Assembly (NCBI GenBank): GCA_965215605.1
Contig: OZ244070.1
Coordinates: 1,056,001 to 1,120,000 of the forward strand
Direction: 5' to 3'
DNA length: 64,000 nt
From: an uncultured Candidatus Binatia bacterium
GTDB lineage: Bacteria > Desulfobacterota > Binatia > UBA9968 > JAJDTQ01
Shown here piece after piece: positions 59,701-64,000 of the stretch. The notes below the pieces were generated by a model that was given only the letters and a program-made list of their open reading frames with translations, was not told the origin of the DNA and searched no databases. Position numbers and translations under genes: made by a program. The stretch's first letter is position 1. The number at the start of each line of letters is the position of its first letter.

Positions 59701-60320
59701 ATGGCGCGCTCCACGAAAACCACCCGGCGCGCGGCGTCCTCGGCCTCATGGAGCTGACGCCGCAAGCTGGCCAACTCATCCGCCCGGCGCTGGAGATTGG
59801 CGTGCCTGACGGCGGCTTTCTGCACCTCGTCGGACGCGCTGCCGAAATCACGGCGCTGGCGGCGGCGAAGGTGGACGGACACGCCGGAGAACAGGTCGGA
59901 CGCGATCTTGTGCAGATCGAATCCGCCGGATGTCTGCCGGCGGATCTCCGCGGCGACGTCGGCGGCGCCGTCCCGAGACGGCTCGATGAGATCCCGAAGG
60001 CGCAGAAAGAAACAGCGGTGGTTGTGGGACGGGGGAAGGTTTGGAGAAACGTTGCGCTCGACGCCGCGTTGCCAGGTTGCGCGCCGCCCGTTGCGCTGCC
60101 CCCACCATGACTCGCCGTCCCATTCGAACTCGGCGGCCACCGACGTCAGCGGAGAAGGATGGAGGTCTTCCCAGTACAGTCCCTCAAGGGCGCGGCAGAC
60201 GCTCGACTTGCCGATCCCGTTGGGTCCGAACACGACGTGAAGACCCGCTCCCGCCGCTTCAATCTCGTAGGGCTGGCTGATGCCCGGCAGCCGGTTGATG
60301 GCAAGGCGCTTCAGCTTCAC
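56742..60320 (-). CDS. SMC/Rad50-like ATPase (YhaN-like) with two central hydrophobic segments
   Basis: Walker A GPNGIGKS, long coiled coils, LSDGT signature, Walker B LFLDE; GTG start inferred. Confidence 0.85.
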   Translation of the reverse strand: MKLKRLAINRLPGISQPYEIEAAGAGLHVVFGPNGIGKSSVCRALEGLYWEDLHPSPLTSVAAEFEWDGESWWGQRNGRRATWQRGVERNVSPNLPPSHNHRCFFLRLRDLIEPSRDGAADVAAEIRRQTSGGFDLHKIASDLFSGVSVHLRRRQRRDFGSASDEVQKAAVRHANLQRRADELASLRRQLHEAEDAARRVVFVERAIGLARRREELAGIIGRIEALPRVLAKLTGKEVEEVERYQQQADMLAERMRFLEQELGRTREARRQTGLDSPMNQTDLAAWRENADELSRIELELDAATTERNATRRALAAALSAVGGGVSAPAFTLSEHRDLFAFLRSSQEHSARAAAIRERLRQLDRFGPAQDHERELERFRGGVETLHAWLRVPEPEDAAVRVRSRWPWLLLAIALMLAGAGLVFVAPPPGLLEVPGLEGSLASNPAPRLRVLAQLLAGMGIGAGMGTTMAVLLLGDRRRSQDARRAARAAYDLLGLEEPSEWNLPSVESRLSSLKRETADIEVSMGQARDRELERQRLETELEGLSEPEAALDARRQEIKEELGLNTLPPDAELVDYARALDQLRLARRDDEAAAGKLEALEQRHGGLLSGLAGVLEASGEPELEDGAIAKARIHHLADRNSRLEQALHDERTMTAQIEENAADREAALHSIRRIYAEAGLGEGDLNGLRSLAGSLEGYRELIGEKTRLEGQIDLDRAELAQAGAGEWTESDVPSLERLKDEFSDLETRAGELRNEVAEITAGMEEARSGKGMQDLIAVREAARVKLSELRNDALYAKAGGFLMDSVEEEYEHTRMPRVFERARDHFFEFTHHNYKLELGKDGDAPRLFARESRGGEAQDLDELSDGTRVQLLLAARLAFAEEVEQGKILPLFLDEALDQSDPRRFEAMVRSLGRVARDQGRQIFYLTSDPLDIDRIRDALGKEGCDIAAEIDLGLIRTKAVSVGGPQALRVDPGPTVPAPDGRSPEEYGAALDVPAFRPELGYAAQHFFYVLWDDPDLLYDCLLNGIERAGQWRTVAGTSLAERLGSLSISPADITARLDLLKAFCELWLQGRGRTVGREVLEESEALTDRYLDDVVAIARDLEGDAKRLVAALDGNQDPRLRGFRKSNVERLQLYLAETGYLDDRPVLDEDDLRLRAQITPAAGRLPVGIANDCLRRWYAWAGRSSESKTG

Positions 60321-60479
60321 GTCGGATCGCCGCGCGCGCCTCGTCGAGGAGCGCCTTCGATGGGTCATCGTCGCGCTGGAGCATCCGCAGCCGCTGGCCT
60401 GGGGACATCGTGCAGGAAACCACGCCGCTCCTCCGCCTTCTTGTCACCGTCACGGGTGAAGGTCAAGGGCGAGTCCGCC

Positions 60480-60499
60480 ATTCCCGCGAAAGCGGGAAT
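60480..60499. repeat. ATTCCC-N8-GGGAAT palindrome (same family as 39299-39364)
   Basis: ATTCCCGCGAAAGCGGGAAT, intergenic. Confidence 0.7.
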
Positions 60500-60529
60500 C
60501 CAGGGGGGCACGTCGATGGTCGACTCGCT

Positions 60530-61753
60530 TCAGAAGCGCAGGGCGTAGAGGGGCACATGCACTTCATCGGACGAGAGTCCGCCATGGTTGCCCTTGTGAA
60601 CCCGGGCCTTGGTCAACGAAGCTGTCACGCGGAAGGCGTAGTCGTCCCGGGCCAACAGAACGTAGTCGCCGACCCGGCCGCGCAAGGCGGGATGGGGGCG
60701 GCCGGGCCCCAGGAGCCCGCTTTCCAGAAGCTCCTCTCCCGAAATGCAGACACACGCGGCCGCCAAGTGCCGCGCCACCACCTCGTGGAAACGCTTCTCT
60801 CGCCCCGCGCGAACGAAGCAGGAGACCTGCCGGCCATCCCCCGAGGGCAACAGGGCGAGGCAGTCCAGCAAACCCGGCACCGCGGCCAACTCCACGCGGT
60901 TGGGCGGCGGCGCGTCCACGACCCCGTGGTCCGCGGTCGCCAGCAGCAGGGTCCCGGTTCCGGCCAGCCCCGCCGCGAGGCGTCCGAGGGACACGTCGAT
61001 CTCGGCCAGGTGGCGCCGCGTCTCCGTGGCCTGGACGCCCTTGCGGTGACAAAGGGTATCGTACAGGGGCCAGTACACGTAGGCGACGCCGCGTCGGCCC
61101 TGCCGGGCGAAGCGCACGATCTGCCGCTCCATGCCCGCCAAGGTCCTGTAGGCTCCGTATCCGTTCCAGCGGGTGCCCGCGTTGGAGTAGGAACTGCGCC
61201 CCAGAGCGCCGAAAGACAGAAGCCGCTTGTGGCTGCGCACCGAGGACAGGTAGGACGGCAGCCCGAGATAACGCTTGAGGTTGAAATCGTCACCCGCCAT
61301 CGGGGTTCCCGTAAGAGTCGTCCCCGGCAACACCGCGCCCACGAGGCCCAGGTCATGGAGGTGCAGATGCCAGCTCAGCACCCCGTGCTCGGCGGGAGTG
61401 GCTCCGGTCGAAAGCGTGGTTATCGCCGCCGCCGTGGTGCTGGGGAAAACCGTGGTGATGCGTTCGAACGGTTGCCTGGAGAAAAAATGCTCTCCCCCGC
61501 CCCGTGCCATGAAACGGCTCAACTGATTGAAGCCCACGCCGTCGAGGACCAGATAGACAATCCGGGAAGCGCCGCCGAATACGCCGGGATCCAGGTTCTT
61601 GAGCCCGGAATGCGGGGATGCGCCGCCCAGCGCATGGATGATGGACGAGAGCAGGTTTACGATGGAGCCGCCTTCGTAGTCGGGGAAACGAAACCCGCCG
61701 GCCGTTTGCAGACGATGAAGGATGCGGGCACTGCCATGCTGGGGCTGGGTCAC
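60530..61753 (-). CDS. Alkaline phosphatase superfamily protein (type I phosphodiesterase/nucleotide pyrophosphatase-like)
   Basis: LDGVG, FPSTT (Thr nucleophile), DTLCH, TADHG and GNHGG motifs; start approximate. Confidence 0.85.
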   Translation of the reverse strand: MTQPQHGSARILHRLQTAGGFRFPDYEGGSIVNLLSSIIHALGGASPHSGLKNLDPGVFGGASRIVYLVLDGVGFNQLSRFMARGGGEHFFSRQPFERITTVFPSTTAAAITTLSTGATPAEHGVLSWHLHLHDLGLVGAVLPGTTLTGTPMAGDDFNLKRYLGLPSYLSSVRSHKRLLSFGALGRSSYSNAGTRWNGYGAYRTLAGMERQIVRFARQGRRGVAYVYWPLYDTLCHRKGVQATETRRHLAEIDVSLGRLAAGLAGTGTLLLATADHGVVDAPPPNRVELAAVPGLLDCLALLPSGDGRQVSCFVRAGREKRFHEVVARHLAAACVCISGEELLESGLLGPGRPHPALRGRVGDYVLLARDDYAFRVTASLTKARVHKGNHGGLSSDEVHVPLYALRF

Positions 61754-61859
61754 AACCGGAGAAGATAGAATAGGGTGAGCTCCGGGACAACCGCTCTTGA
61801 CGCACGGAGAAGGAATTTGAGATGAGAAGAGACATTCCGCAGGCAAGGGAGGAGCGGCG

Positions 61860-62678
61860 ATGGTCATACGGGAAGTCGGTGACGGTTCCACGTACGTGAG
61901 CACACAGGAAGAGCACGCTGAACTGTCGGCGCAGTTCGCCGCCCATTGGGGCAACGACCGGTTCGCGCAACTCCGGCCCTACGACACCCTGGTGTTCGCC
62001 ACCACCTACCACGACAGCGGCTATCGCGAATGGGAAGGTTTGCCACGGATGGACGTCGAGAAAGGCCGGCCCTACGGTCACCGGGAGAGAATACCGGGGT
62101 TCGAGGCGACAGAACTCACGGCCTACCGGCGAAACGTGGACTGGGTCCGCGGCCATGACATCTACGCCGGGCTGCTCGTCTCCATGCATCGCACCGGCCT
62201 GTGGCGCGGCCGCTACGACGTCCTGACCCGTCCGAAGCCGAGAGTCCGCGACCTCGGCAACAGCGTCCGGACCGTGCTCCGCGAACTCGAAGACCAACAA
62301 CAACAGGACAAGGCCGCGCTCGCCGCCGGAAACGCCGGATTCGAAGACGAGCTGTGGATCAATTACCGCATGCTCCAGCTCTTCGACCTGCTGTCACTGT
62401 ATTTCTGTTGTGACGGCTACGGTGACGACGGTTTCAGGGAAGAATGCCTGGCGCCCATCCCTGCCGGCTACTCGCCCGACGGCGGAGTCGAACTGCGCAT
62501 CACGCCGAATCCCGACGGGTCCGTGAAGATGGCTCCCTACCCCTTCGATGTCGCGCCGCTCCGGGTCGCCGTGCGCGCGCGGCGGATGCGGTCGGGCTCG
62601 TACTCGTCCGAGGCGGACTGCCGGGAAGCCTACTACAAGACCGCTGCCACGCTGCTCCACTTCGACATCACCGCCTGA
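61860..62678 (+). CDS. DUF3891-like protein
   Basis: QEEHAELSAQFAAHWGN...HDSGY...LLVSMH...LQLFDLLSLYFC...PYPF pattern; GGAGGAG RBS. Confidence 0.75.
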   Translation: MVIREVGDGSTYVSTQEEHAELSAQFAAHWGNDRFAQLRPYDTLVFATTYHDSGYREWEGLPRMDVEKGRPYGHRERIPGFEATELTAYRRNVDWVRGHDIYAGLLVSMHRTGLWRGRYDVLTRPKPRVRDLGNSVRTVLRELEDQQQQDKAALAAGNAGFEDELWINYRMLQLFDLLSLYFCCDGYGDDGFREECLAPIPAGYSPDGGVELRITPNPDGSVKMAPYPFDVAPLRVAVRARRMRSGSYSSEADCREAYYKTAATLLHFDITA

Positions 62679-62794
62679 AGCCCCACGGCTGAACGCAGCC
62701 GCTGCCCAGGTCCATTCGGGTGGGGTGTCGCCGCCGGGATGGCCGTTCAACGCCACGCCGAACCCTGCCGCGCCACTTCCAGCAGGTTGTGAGC

Positions 62795-64000
62795 TCACAG
62801 CCGTTTTGCTTGCGACAGCCGGTCCACCTTCACCGTCTCCTTCCGCCGGGGCTCCGGGAACACGTCCGGCGTGCACAGGACATCCACCAGGACGGGTCGG
62901 GTCTGGCCCAGGCGCAGGGCTTCCGCGAAGGCGTCCTCGAGATCGGACGGTTCGGTGACCCGGATGCCGCCGGCGCCGAAGAGACGGGCATACTCATCGA
63001 ACGGCGGATTACCGATGGCGTCCCCGATATAGCGCTCGTCGTAGTAGAACTTCTGGTAAGCGCGTTCGGAGCCGTAGTTGAAGTTGTTGAGGATGAAGCA
63101 GGTGGTGGGGATGCCTTCGCGCACCGCGGTCTCCAGCTCGGCGCCGTTGTAGAGAAAGGAGCCGTCGCCGCTGATGGTGACGACCGGACGTTCCGGCGCG
63201 GCGAGCTTGGCGCCCAGGCCCACGGGATAACCGATGCCGATGGCGGCGAGTCCCTGGGGGGCCAACAGGCTCCGGGGACGTTCGAAGGTCTGGTACTCGT
63301 ACAGGTAGCCGGGGCCGACGCCGGCGTCGAGGGTGATGATGGCGTCCCTTGGCAGCACCTTGCGCAGGGCGGCGTGGACCCGCCGAGGGTCCAGCGGGCG
63401 GCCATTGTAGCCTGCGGCCTCGTTCCGGTGCCGCTCCTGCGCAGACCGCACCCTGGCGGCCTTCTTCACCCAGCCCGGGCGGCCGGCTCCTTTCCTCTTG
63501 ATCGACCGCAGCAGAGCCTTCAGGGCGGTCCGGGCGTCCGCCTGGATGCCCACCTGCGCCGGGTAGACCCGGCCGATGTTGTTCCGGTCCTGGGCGATGT
63601 GAATCAGCTTCGTGCCGGGCGCGAAGAACTCCGGATGCCAGAACGTGGTGGTGTGGCCCAGGCTGGTGCCCACCGCCAGCACCAGGTCGGCCTCCTTGAA
63701 GAAGGCCTGGGCCTCGGGCAGCGCGCCACGGCCGATGGTGCCGAGGTAAAGGGGATGCGAGTGCGGCGCCACGTCATCCCTGCCGGTGGAGGACATGACC
63801 GGGGCCTCGAGGCGTTTCGATAACGCGACGATCTCGTCGCTGGCCTCGGACCACAGGACCCCGCCGCCGGCCAGCAGCAGCGGGCGGCGCGCCTTCTCCA
63901 GGAGGCTCACGGCCGCGGCCACGGCCGCGGACTCGGGGGCGGGTGCGGCCACCTCCCCGTGAATCAGCCCGCCCATGTCCGCCAGCTCCACGGTCTCGTT
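62795..64000 (-). CDS. Thiamine diphosphate-dependent enzyme (acetolactate synthase-like), 5' end outside window
   Basis: Central domain (ADLVLAVG) and ThDP motif GDGSF...NN. Confidence 0.88.
   Translation of the reverse strand, partial: NETVELADMGGLIHGEVAAPAPESAAVAAAVSLLEKARRPLLLAGGGVLWSEASDEIVALSKRLEAPVMSSTGRDDVAPHSHPLYLGTIGRGALPEAQAFFKEADLVLAVGTSLGHTTTFWHPEFFAPGTKLIHIAQDRNNIGRVYPAQVGIQADARTALKALLRSIKRKGAGRPGWVKKAARVRSAQERHRNEAAGYNGRPLDPRRVHAALRKVLPRDAIITLDAGVGPGYLYEYQTFERPRSLLAPQGLAAIGIGYPVGLGAKLAAPERPVVTISGDGSFLYNGAELETAVREGIPTTCFILNNFNYGSERAYQKFYYDERYIGDAIGNPPFDEYARLFGAGGIRVTEPSDLEDAFAEALRLGQTRPVLVDVLCTPDVFPEPRRKETVKVDRLSQAKRL

Overview
High-GC bacterial chromosome segment. Gene content and order suggest a deltaproteobacterial-type genome, possibly Binatia-like and host- or sponge-associated; this is inference only. 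Core blocks: the 5' half of the dcw cluster (mraZ-STAS-rsmH-ftsL-ftsI-murE-murF-mraY-murD-ftsW-murG-murC', minus strand), rnpB with a C4 zinc-ribbon gene, purB-C-S-Q-L-F with dut, the rimP-nusA-ylxR-infB-DUF503-rbfA-truB-rpsO-pnp-M16 operon, an NtrB/NtrC-like pair with thiE, queF-dnaB, and gltA-aguB-aguA. Accessory blocks: an SDR and FAD oxidase, a ~1625-aa LRR/Calx-beta autotransporter-like adhesin beside a serine-recombinase relic, a hydantoinase/oxoprolinase A+B+B set, an atypical enolase-superfamily enzyme, a MetE-like enzyme, an orphan membrane-anchored YhaN-like SMC ATPase, an alkaline-phosphatase-family gene, a DUF3891-like gene and a ThDP enzyme. The most interesting signals cluster at the head of the dcw operon: tandem NrdR-like boxes, MraZ boxes and a STAS protein with Tyr at the phospho-Ser site, which may form an undescribed control module for division. 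Also notable are a promoter/uORF/terminator leader before the zinc-ribbon gene and rnpB, the modular adhesin, and several gene-decay scars and REP-like palindromes. No tRNA, rRNA, CRISPR array or intact transposase was seen.
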